DNA of 14,986 bases from an uncultured Deferribacteres bacterium (GTDB lineage: Bacteria; Zhuqueibacterota; Zhuqueibacteria; Zhuqueibacterales; Geothermadaptataceae): contig CAXHAT010000192.1 in NCBI GenBank assembly GCA_964014485.1, forward strand, positions 1-14,986, given 5' to 3'. The notes beneath the pieces were generated by a model. That model did not search any database and was not told the origin of the DNA. It saw only the letters and a list, made by a program, of their open reading frames with translations. The translations under genes were made by a program, and so were the position numbers. Shown here in pieces: positions 1 to 7,386 of the stretch; within the stretch, counting starts at the first letter, position 1; every line of letters starts with the position of its first letter.

Positions 1-45
1 ACACCAAGAAGCTCGTCGGCAGCGTCAGATGTGTATAAGAGACAG
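1..45 (+). other. Illumina Nextera i5 adapter (sequencing artifact, not genomic)
   Basis: ACAC (end of P5) + 8-nt index CAAGAAGC (5-12) + TCGTCGGCAGCGTC (13-26) + Tn5 mosaic end AGATGTGTATAAGAGACAG (27-45), the exact Nextera read-1 adapter layout. Confidence 0.99.
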
Positions 46-330
46 TTTTTAATTTGAGCGATTTTTAAAGAGTCGCTTGTTTGCTGAAACGTTGCACGAA
101 AAACACCTTTATCCTGTGCTAAAGCACTATTAAGAAAAAGCGACAGGGGAAAAGACAGGAATATGAGGGATCGGGGGAAGCTATAGAATTTTTTCCATTT
201 CGGATGGCGCTTGCGAGAATTTTTAAGCCGGAAGTTCAAAGCTGCAAAACCAAGATGAGACAGGCTAAATCAAGTACAGCAAATATAATAAATTAGTTTG
301 GAAGTTCCATCATTTTGACAGGATTGTTTT

Positions 331-347
331 ACTTTCCAAATACGCTC
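331..347 (-). repeat. Second copy of the MITE-like terminal repeat GAGCGTATTTGGAAAGT
   Basis: ACTTTCCAAATACGCTC (331-347) is the exact 17-nt reverse complement of 7246-7262. It is followed by TGA and lies 5 nt past the stop of the 353-883 gene. A partial partner TTTGGAAGT lies at 297-305. Confidence 0.75.
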
Positions 348-352
348 TGAGT

Positions 353-883
353 CTAAGACTTTGATTTTCTTCGCTTTTCGCGAGTCTGGCAAATCAGTGG
401 CGCCATGCCGACCCCTCGTTCCAAAAAGGCCGGAGCGGCAGGATCAGCGTCTACTTCGATGACAATGATATTTTCCGGCAACAGCGATTCGGGTTTTGTC
501 AAACCTTTCTTAAGAAAATGAGCAACAATTTTTAACGAATCGCTCTGTTCGATAAAATGCGGTCTGCTTTTGAGCCGTCCAAACATTTTACCTGCTTCCC
601 GATAAAAGTTTAAGTGTTTTTCCAGATTAATTTTGGAAAGAAATTTTTGTGAGTACCGACTTTCTATAAAAGCTTTTATCGAATCGCGATGACCAGAGTT
701 GTGTGCGGCCAACCAACTCCTTAACAAAAGTGACGGCGCCGTGTCCGGTAACTTAATCTCAGAGCCGTCGTTCGCAGAAAGATGAATTTTGGGTTGCAGC
801 AGAATAGATTCTTGTGCGCCAAGCTGAATGTTAATGAGAATGGCAAAGCAGAATCCTATCATTGCCCGAGAGAGTTTTAGCAT
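353..883 (-). CDS. Hypothetical secreted protein (176 aa)
   Basis: ATG at 883 preceded by AAGGAG. N-terminus resembles a signal peptide (MLKLSRAMIGFCFAILINIQLGA|Q). No catalytic motif recognised. Confidence 0.8.
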   Translation of the reverse strand: MLKLSRAMIGFCFAILINIQLGAQESILLQPKIHLSANDGSEIKLPDTAPSLLLRSWLAAHNSGHRDSIKAFIESRYSQKFLSKINLEKHLNFYREAGKMFGRLKSRPHFIEQSDSLKIVAHFLKKGLTKPESLLPENIIVIEVDADPAAPAFLERGVGMAPLICQTREKRRKSKS

Positions 884-887
884 CGAC

Positions 888-939
888 TTTCTCCTTTCAA
901 TAAATCGAATTCACACACAAATACGGTTGAAAGGAGAAA
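888..939 (-). promoter_or_regulatory. Inverted repeat predicted to sequester the Shine-Dalgarno of the 353-883 gene
   Basis: TTTCTCCTTTCAA (888-900) and TTGAAAGGAGAAA (927-939) are perfect 13-bp reverse complements. In the minus-strand mRNA the 3' arm contains AAGGAG and ends 4 nt before the ATG. Confidence 0.6.
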
Positions 940-979
940 ATATTGTACGGCCGCAGAAGAAATCTAAGTCAGAGTGCTA

Positions 980-2290
980 TCAGGGATTCATGAGGTCAAT
1001 ACTTACGAGTTCTGACTGACTTCTTGCGTAAAGTCGTCCGTTCGAAAGAGAGGGCGCCGTCCAACATTTGCCCGACAAAACCTGCGCCGCCGCCAATTCA
1101 TTGTACGCTTCCGGGGTTACCTCCACAAGCGCCAACTTTCCTTTTTCCCCAAGGATCACTAACATCCCATCCGCGAGAAGCAACGAGCCTTTGTTGTAGC
1201 CGCGCGCTTTCCACTTTTCTTCGCCGGATTTGGCGTCGAGGCATTTCAAAAGATTGTTGTCAAAGCCGTAAACGTAGCCGTCTTGGGTGACGGAAGCATT
1301 AAAATGGTTGCGAAAATGACGGTTTGACCAAACGCGGTCGACCTGCCATGAATCGCCGGATTTTGTGATTTGCAAAAGCGCCGCGCCTTTGTCATAGCCG
1401 GAAGAGAGCATGACGAAATTGGGCGGAAAAAACGACGGTACAGCGATGTTGAGATCGTAAGACGTGTCCCAGGGAAATTTCCACAGTTCCTTGCCGTCCG
1501 CGGCGGAAAGACCGACGAGGCCATAACCGATGGGGCTGACGATTTGCCGCGTTCCGCCAATGTCCCAAGCCGATTGCGATGAGTACGAATTTCTGCCGTT
1601 TTGATAAGTCCAGATCGTCTCGCCGGTGCGTTTGTTGAGCGCAACAATCGTTGCTTTCGGCTGCCGACCGCCGTTGACGATCAGCATATCGCCTTCGATT
1701 AGGGGTGAGCAGGAATAGCCGCGATCCAGATCGCCGTCCTTGTCGCCGAATGCGTCGTGAATATTTACCGTCCAGATTTGCTCGCCCGTTGTTTTGTTGA
1801 GCGCGTAGAGCGGGCCGTAAGAGCCAAGCACATAAACAAAATCGCCGTCGATGGTCGGCGTTGAGCGTGGACCGTCGCCGTATTGTTCATTGTATTTTTT
1901 GTTGAGGATATGCCGCCAAATTTCGTCCCCGGAATCGGCGTCGAAGCAAAAAGCGACTTCATTACTTCCGTCTGCGTAGCTTGTGTAAATGCGGTTACTT
2001 TCTATCGCAATTCCGGAATAGCCCACGCCAATCGATTTGCGCCAGAGCGTTTTTGGGCCGGACTCCGGCCAACTGCGAATGAGACCGGTTTCTTGCGACA
2101 CGCCGTTTCTATTCGGCCCGCGAAATTGCGGCCAGTCATTTGTTGAAGATGCGCCTGGAGTCAGCGCGGAGAATTTCACTTCACCATCCGTCGGCGGCAC
2201 ATAGTCCGGTTCTGACGGGGTGCAAGCGAAAGTCAAAAACGCCAGTGAGAAGGCAAGCGTTATTTCAGTGAGGCAGGATTTACGTTTCAT
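980..2290 (-). CDS. PQQ-binding-like beta-propeller repeat lipoprotein (BamB/PQQ_2-like), 436 aa
   Basis: Lipobox LTFAC (Cys23). N-terminal DWPQFRGPNRNG motif. Repeated blade motifs (FDADSGDEIW, LNKTTGEQIW, LNKRTGETIW, LSAADGKELW, LDAKSGEEKW). C-terminal WTAPSLSNGRLYAR. RBS GGAG. Confidence 0.92.
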   Translation of the reverse strand: MKRKSCLTEITLAFSLAFLTFACTPSEPDYVPPTDGEVKFSALTPGASSTNDWPQFRGPNRNGVSQETGLIRSWPESGPKTLWRKSIGVGYSGIAIESNRIYTSYADGSNEVAFCFDADSGDEIWRHILNKKYNEQYGDGPRSTPTIDGDFVYVLGSYGPLYALNKTTGEQIWTVNIHDAFGDKDGDLDRGYSCSPLIEGDMLIVNGGRQPKATIVALNKRTGETIWTYQNGRNSYSSQSAWDIGGTRQIVSPIGYGLVGLSAADGKELWKFPWDTSYDLNIAVPSFFPPNFVMLSSGYDKGAALLQITKSGDSWQVDRVWSNRHFRNHFNASVTQDGYVYGFDNNLLKCLDAKSGEEKWKARGYNKGSLLLADGMLVILGEKGKLALVEVTPEAYNELAAAQVLSGKCWTAPSLSNGRLYARSQSELVSIDLMNP

Positions 2291-2395
2291 GTTTTCTCCG
2301 AATAAAAAGCCTACGGTAAGTTTCGAGAATGCGACCTGGGTTGCGGTCTTTCTGAAAATGCGGCGTTAATACAGAACCGTGAAATGGAACAACTG

Positions 2396-2521
2396 AAAGG
2401 AGTGCAAAGCTTGCTTTGCTTTTACTCCGCTTGCGAGAAAAAAGCTGCAAACTCAGAGCCCTGTGCGAGAAAGTTTAAGAAAGACGCGAAGGGAATCGCA
2501 AAGCAAGCTTTGCACTCCTTT
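2396..2521. repeat. REP doublet (REPIN-like): 24-bp perfect inverted repeat with 78-bp spacer
   Basis: AAAGGAGTGCAAAGCTTGCTTTGC (2396-2419) and GCAAAGCAAGCTTTGCACTCCTTT (2498-2521). Each arm is a GGAG tag followed by the internal palindrome GCAAAGC-TT-GCTTTGC. Confidence 0.85.
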
Positions 2522-2555
2522 GCATGGCGTTAGGTCGCAACTTGCATTAATGTAT

Positions 2556-2582
2556 GACGCATTGTGACGCCTGAACGTTTAT
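2556..2582 (-). promoter_or_regulatory. Candidate ECF-sigma promoter upstream of the PQQ-like lipoprotein gene
   Basis: Minus strand ATAAAC-N17-CGTC matches the generic AAC/CGT ECF promoter architecture. The motif is short, so this is weak evidence. Confidence 0.3.
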
Positions 2583-2600
2583 GAAACCGTTCCAAAAAAA

Positions 2601-3482
2601 CTAAAGCTTCAACCAGGCAATAACCGGATAATGATCGCTCGGCAACTGGCCGTTTTCCTGGTATTGATCGATAATGATTTTTTCAACTTTGGCGACGTTT
2701 TGGGTCAAAATCCAGTCAATGCGCCTGCCTTGATTCGCATGATCGAGCTTAAAGCCGTTAAAGGTGTTTATACCCTCGCCGACACGCTCTTGAGCAACAT
2801 CCCACGTGTCTGCAAAACCGCCTGATTTCGTCAAAATATCAAAAGGTTCACTGCTTCCGGCCTCGGCGTTGAAATCTCCGGCGAGCACAATCGGAAAATC
2901 CGAACGCAGATCAGCGAGACGCGCAACAATCAACTTTGCGCTGTTGACGCGCGCTTCTTCGATGCGATGGTCGAAGTGCGTGTTCAAAAAATAGAACTGT
3001 TTGCCGGTCAAAAGATCGCGGAACCGCACCCATGTCACCATCCTGCGATTCTCATTGCCCCACGTTGTTGAACCAACGACGTTCGGCGTACCTGAAAGCC
3101 AAAAATGATCAAATCCTATTGGTTCCAGGCGACTCGTTTTATAAAACACCGCCATAAACTCGCCGCGACTGCCGCCGTCTCTGCCAAGCCCGATCCAGGC
3201 GTACTCCGGCAAATCTTTTTGCAAGTCTTTGACCTGAAAAAACAATGCTTCCTGCATTCCGATGACGTCCGGCATGTGAGAACGAATCAGGTTTTTCATG
3301 ATCGGCCTGCGATCTGGCCAGGCGTTTGGCGGGTTTGCGCCGCCGTAGCGAATGTTGTACGCCATAGTGCATAATGAAGCATCATCGCCTTTGTCCTGAG
3401 CATTTAGAATTTGAAAAAAACATAGACAAAATGCGAGCAAGAGACGCGTAATGAATCGCGGAAATTGACAGCGTGTAGTCAT
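2601..3482 (-). CDS. Endonuclease/exonuclease/phosphatase (EEP) family protein, secreted, 293 aa
   Basis: EEP motifs YNIR, DVIGMQE, NTHFDH, LAGDFNA, RIDWI, SDHYPV. N-terminal signal peptide (LLLAFCLCFFQILNA|Q). GAGG RBS in the 15-nt gap from the upstream gene. Confidence 0.94.
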   Translation of the reverse strand: MTTRCQFPRFITRLLLAFCLCFFQILNAQDKGDDASLCTMAYNIRYGGANPPNAWPDRRPIMKNLIRSHMPDVIGMQEALFFQVKDLQKDLPEYAWIGLGRDGGSRGEFMAVFYKTSRLEPIGFDHFWLSGTPNVVGSTTWGNENRRMVTWVRFRDLLTGKQFYFLNTHFDHRIEEARVNSAKLIVARLADLRSDFPIVLAGDFNAEAGSSEPFDILTKSGGFADTWDVAQERVGEGINTFNGFKLDHANQGRRIDWILTQNVAKVEKIIIDQYQENGQLPSDHYPVIAWLKL

Positions 3483-3497
3483 TGGTTTCGAGCCTCG

Positions 3498-4403
3498 TTA
3501 TTGCGAAATAATGGACAGGTATAATTGGAACAAAGCCGGTTCTAATTCGCGCATCCGCCGCCGGATTTCCGGAGCCGCGCCTGGTTTTCCGAGTGCTTGC
3601 TCGTGGAAAACAAGCAGTTTGAATTCATGCAAGCGTTCCATTGCAGTTGGTTCAAGACCCAGGTCGTGCTGCGCGGACGTGTTTTCCAGTAATTCAGAAA
3701 TGAAAAGATGATTTTGGGGGACGTTTATGTACTTGTTGGCCCAAGCGTAAAACGGCCAGAGACCGTAGGCTTTTTGCAAACCGTGACGGTTGAACTGTTT
3801 CTCGAAAAGGGCGGCGAGTGTTTGATGTTGAAAGGTGCTCCAATCCACATCAAAAGGGTTTTGAGCCAGCAAGCGGAGATAGCCAAGATTGGCTTCTTTC
3901 ATTTTATGCAAACGATGCGATGCGTCTCCGAAGTAGCCCCAATATCTCGCCGGAATTTTAAAGTCCGCTCTCGAAAGAAAATCGCGCAGGGATTTATACG
4001 CCTCAGAAAATTTTTGCCGCTGCATCAGACAGGCGCTTCTGTGAAAAATATGGGAATGATTTTGCAAAAGTCCGTTTTTGTCAAAAGCGTCCAGATCGAG
4101 CAAGCGTTTTGCAAAAATTTTAAAAAGAAAACGTGTGTTCGGCGACGCTTGGCCGTCACACGCCTGTTCTTGATGCAATATCTCCCAAAGGTGGATGATT
4201 TCCTGTGAAGCGCTTGATGCGTTCAACCCGTTTTCGCCGCAATAGTTGAGGCATCGGATGTAAATTTTCTTGTTAGGGATGAATGTTCCCGCGCCGCTGA
4301 GTTGGCCGATTGCTTTTGCCGCTTGCCGGAACTGAAACGTTTCCAGAAGCGGAACGATCTCTTCGACTTCGCTCTGCCGGGTTGAAAAAAAGGAAGTTTG
4401 CAT
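3498..4403 (-). CDS. Hypothetical protein, probably alpha-helical/TPR-like (about 301 aa)
   Basis: Long ORF filling the space between the EEP and DoxX genes. ATG 4403 preferred over TTG 4418. Segment YWGYFGDASHRLHKMKEANLGYLRLLAQNP resembles a TPR. Confidence 0.75.
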   Translation of the reverse strand: MQTSFFSTRQSEVEEIVPLLETFQFRQAAKAIGQLSGAGTFIPNKKIYIRCLNYCGENGLNASSASQEIIHLWEILHQEQACDGQASPNTRFLFKIFAKRLLDLDAFDKNGLLQNHSHIFHRSACLMQRQKFSEAYKSLRDFLSRADFKIPARYWGYFGDASHRLHKMKEANLGYLRLLAQNPFDVDWSTFQHQTLAALFEKQFNRHGLQKAYGLWPFYAWANKYINVPQNHLFISELLENTSAQHDLGLEPTAMERLHEFKLLVFHEQALGKPGAAPEIRRRMRELEPALFQLYLSIISQ

Positions 4404-4569
4404 AATGCCTACCGCCAATACAGAAAACGCCAGACGAAAAAGCGATTTTTTGAGAGGTTTGAGAAATCATCAGAATTATTCCGGGCGCTGGTCGGGGATT
4501 TCTTTTTTTACACGCTTTTTCGATTTGCTTCAGTTTTTTTAGAATGTCTGAATATTTGGAAATGAAACA

Positions 4570-4938
4570 ATGAAATTGATTCGGATTGTTATCGCTCTTC
4601 TTATGGCCATTCATGGAATCGCAAGAATCACGCTCGGCATTGTTGATGATTTTGGCGTCTTCCTGGAAACGGTCGGTTTCCCCTTCGGCGTTGTCCTCGC
4701 CTGGACGATTACGCTCTTTGAGTTGATCGGGTGTGCATTGTTGCTGCTCAATTATCAGGTCAAGTATGTTTGCGCGTGGTTCATTATTCAACTGTTAACC
4801 GGCGTACTTCTTGTGCATTTTCAGGAAGGTTGGTTCGTCGTTGGCGCGGGGCGGAACGGCGTTGAATACAGTGTTTTGTTGATCGCATGTTTTGCAGCTT
4901 TGGGCTGGGATAAGATGCGCGGAAATAACGCTGGTTGA
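4570..4938 (+). CDS. DoxX family membrane protein (122 aa)
   Basis: Four hydrophobic segments with the DoxX pattern LIRIVIALLMAIHG...ELIG...H...GW...NGVEYS. Confidence 0.9.
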   Translation: MKLIRIVIALLMAIHGIARITLGIVDDFGVFLETVGFPFGVVLAWTITLFELIGCALLLLNYQVKYVCAWFIIQLLTGVLLVHFQEGWFVVGAGRNGVEYSVLLIACFAALGWDKMRGNNAG

Positions 4939-5026
4939 CCGTCAAAAACGACTGAAATTTTGCTGGACACTCATTGCAGATTTCTTTATTCTCCCTGCTT
5001 TTTCGATTTGTTTGCAGGAGAAAGCA

Positions 5027-7240
5027 ATGTCGGAAGGCGGTTCGGAAAAAACGATAAATTCGGCGCCGAAATTCGGGACTTTTCTTGGGGTTTATACGCC
5101 GAGCGTTTTGACGATTCTTGGGCTGATCATGTACTTGCGGTTCGGCTGGGTCGTGGGAAACGTCGGCCTGCCAGTCACAATCTTGATCGTCCTTTTGGCC
5201 AGTTCAATCACTTTTATCACCGCGTTGAGCGCATCCGCCATCGCCACCAATATGCGCGTCGGGGCGGGAGGGGAGTACTACCTCGTTTCTCACAGTCTTG
5301 GCCTCGAATTGGGCGGCGCCATTGGCATTCCGCTGTTTTTGTGCAGAACTTTGAGCATTACTTTTTACTGCTTTGGATTGGCTGAGTCCATCGTGTCGCT
5401 CTGGCCGTCACCCCTCCCCGATTATACGATTCAACTTATTGCCGCCGTCACCATCATCGTCATTACCGTAGTTGCCGGAAGGAGCGCGGAGCTGGCGCTC
5501 AAACTGCAAATTCCGATCATGATCGCGGTCGGACTCTCTTTGCTCGCGCTCATTATCGGCGTGTTTACAGCGGAATTGCGCGCTCCGGAACTTGCGCCGA
5601 CTTACCGGACGGCGCCGGAAGGCTTCTGGTACGTTTTCGCCGTATTTTTTCCGGCGGTGACGGGGTTTACTGCAGGCATCGGCATGAGCGGCGACTTGAA
5701 AAATCCGCGCCGGTCAATTCCCAAAGGCACGCTGCTGGCTGTGGTCACCGGGACCGTCATTTACATCACGATTCCAATTTTGCTTTCGATGACCACGCGC
5801 ATGAGTTTTGAAGCGCTGGCGGAACCGGGCGTGATCGTCTGGTCGTCTATTGCCGTTTTTGGCGCGCTGCTGGTGTATCCCGGTGTTTGGGGCGCTATTC
5901 TTTCCTCGGCTTTCGGCAGCGTTTTGGGCGGCCCGCGCGTATTGCAAGCGCTGGCAAACGACGGACTTGCGCCAAAAAGATTCGCGAAACTCTCGAACAC
6001 CGGCCAGCCGACAACGGCGACCTGGGTCAGCGGGGCCATTGCGCTGGCCGCAGTTGCGTTGGGCGGCTTAAACACCATCGCGCAGTTTGTGACGATTCTG
6101 TTTTTGACCCTTTACGTCACGATTAATTTGAGCGCCGCGATGGAAAATATCGTCGGCGATCCTTCCTACCGACCAACGATCAACGTTCCCTGGTACGTTT
6201 GCCTGCTTGGCGCGGCGGGCGCAATCAGCGTGATGTTCTTGATCAGCCCGCTTGCCTGCGTTTTCGCCGTGATTTTGGAACTGGTGCTCTATTTTTATCT
6301 TCGTCGGCGCGCCTACCAAAAAAGCTGGGGCGACGTCCGCGCCGGATTTTGGATGGCGCTGGCGCGTTTTGCTCTGCTCAAGCTCAAAAGACACAAGCCC
6401 GATCCGCGCAATTGGCGGCCACACATTTTGCTTTTTTCAGGTAATCCGGCCAAACGAATTGGCTTGGTGCGCCTGGCGAATTGGTTTAATCAGAATCGCG
6501 GCGTTGTTACGGCGTGCCAGCTTGTGGAAGGCGATCTTAAAAAAGAAAAAGCGTCAATTTCTGAGCTGCTTTCGGAAATGGACGAAGCCATTGAATCAGC
6601 CGGATTAACCGCTTTTAGCGAGGTTGACGTCGTGCCTGATTTGGAAAACGGCGTTATCAGCATTACGCAAGCCAACGGCATCGCAGGGCTGCAATCAAAT
6701 ACTGTTATGTTCGGCTGGCCGAAGGAGCCGCCGCGCCTGGAAGCGATGCTGCGAATTGTGCGTGCAACGGCCAGAGCTGGAAAAAGCGCCATCATCGCGC
6801 GCCTGAATTGGGCGCATGAACCCGGGCAGCGGACGCAAATCGATATTTGGTGGGGCGGACTGCAAAACAACGGCGACATGATGCTGATGCTCGCTTATCT
6901 TCTGAGCTTGAACCCTGAGTGGCAAGACGCCAGAATTGTTGTTCGTTCCGTTGTTGACGGCGAAAGCGAGCGAATTCCCATGAAGGAAAGCCTGGATGAA
7001 CTCATGCCGGATTTGAGAATCAATGCGGACACGGAAGTTATTGTGCGGCAGGGAAATGAAACGATTGCCGAAATTGTCGCTCGTTACAGCCAGAATTCCG
7101 ACGTAACATTCCTTGGGCTTAACGATCCGAAAGAAGGAACGGAGGCGGAGTACGCTCAACGACTTTATAGCTTATGCAGCGGCTTAAAAACGACGATCTT
7201 CGTTCGCAACGCCAGCGAGTTTGCGGGGCGTTTGGTTTGA
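5027..7240 (+). CDS. Cation-chloride cotransporter (SLC12/CCC, Na-K-Cl cotransporter-like) of the APC superfamily, 737 aa
   Basis: Start ATG 5027 after AGGAG (5016-5020). CCC motifs FGTFLGVYTP..LTILGLIMYLRFGWVVG, SAIATN, GGEYYLVSHSLG.ELGGAIG, FFPAVTGFTAG..MSGDLKNP..SIPKGT, PRVLQALAND, NWRPHIL, IDIWW. About 12 TM segments plus a soluble C-terminal domain. Confidence 0.92.
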   Translation: MSEGGSEKTINSAPKFGTFLGVYTPSVLTILGLIMYLRFGWVVGNVGLPVTILIVLLASSITFITALSASAIATNMRVGAGGEYYLVSHSLGLELGGAIGIPLFLCRTLSITFYCFGLAESIVSLWPSPLPDYTIQLIAAVTIIVITVVAGRSAELALKLQIPIMIAVGLSLLALIIGVFTAELRAPELAPTYRTAPEGFWYVFAVFFPAVTGFTAGIGMSGDLKNPRRSIPKGTLLAVVTGTVIYITIPILLSMTTRMSFEALAEPGVIVWSSIAVFGALLVYPGVWGAILSSAFGSVLGGPRVLQALANDGLAPKRFAKLSNTGQPTTATWVSGAIALAAVALGGLNTIAQFVTILFLTLYVTINLSAAMENIVGDPSYRPTINVPWYVCLLGAAGAISVMFLISPLACVFAVILELVLYFYLRRRAYQKSWGDVRAGFWMALARFALLKLKRHKPDPRNWRPHILLFSGNPAKRIGLVRLANWFNQNRGVVTACQLVEGDLKKEKASISELLSEMDEAIESAGLTAFSEVDVVPDLENGVISITQANGIAGLQSNTVMFGWPKEPPRLEAMLRIVRATARAGKSAIIARLNWAHEPGQRTQIDIWWGGLQNNGDMMLMLAYLLSLNPEWQDARIVVRSVVDGESERIPMKESLDELMPDLRINADTEVIVRQGNETIAEIVARYSQNSDVTFLGLNDPKEGTEAEYAQRLYSLCSGLKTTIFVRNASEFAGRLV

Positions 7241-7245
7241 GCTAG

Positions 7246-7386
7246 GAGCGTATTTGGAAAGTCCTGAATTGTCATGCTGTAAGCATCTTTTTTAGACTTT
7301 TCCGCAACAACTGTCGGAACGTTCATGCCTGGCGACCCAAAAAGATTCCTACGGAATGACAAGACAAGGATTTTCCAAAAACGCTC
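7246..7386. mobile_element. 141-bp non-autonomous MITE-like element with imperfect TIRs of about 47 bp and a TAG target duplication
   Basis: TAG(7243-7245)|GAGCGTATTTGGAAAGTCCT...AGGATTTTCCAAAAACGCTC|TAG(7387-7389). Inverted complementarity continues inward through TTGTCAT...ATCTTTTT / AAAAAGAT...ATGACAA. It fills the gap between two convergent genes. Confidence 0.75.

Noticed and set aside
27..45. Tn5/IS50 end suggesting a transposon
   Set aside because: It is the synthetic mosaic end embedded in the Nextera adapter and index sequence.
828..1019. 63-aa plus-strand ORF and the plus-strand AAGGAG at 931-936
   Set aside because: The ORF overlaps two minus-strand genes, and the AAGGAG has no ATG at proper spacing. 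It is better explained as the anti-SD arm of the hairpin.
980..2290. Calling the propeller lipoprotein BamB or a PQQ dehydrogenase
   Set aside because: No bam gene context and no dehydrogenase catalytic features. The DWPQFRG type is a large paralogous family of unknown function.
4273..4791. 172-aa minus-strand ORF
   Set aside because: It overlaps DoxX antisense and the start of the 3498-4403 gene, and has no recognisable features.
4892..5026. Longer N-terminus of the CCC transporter from TTG 4892
   Set aside because: It overlaps DoxX. ATG 5027 has an AGGAG RBS and family-like sequence starts just after it.
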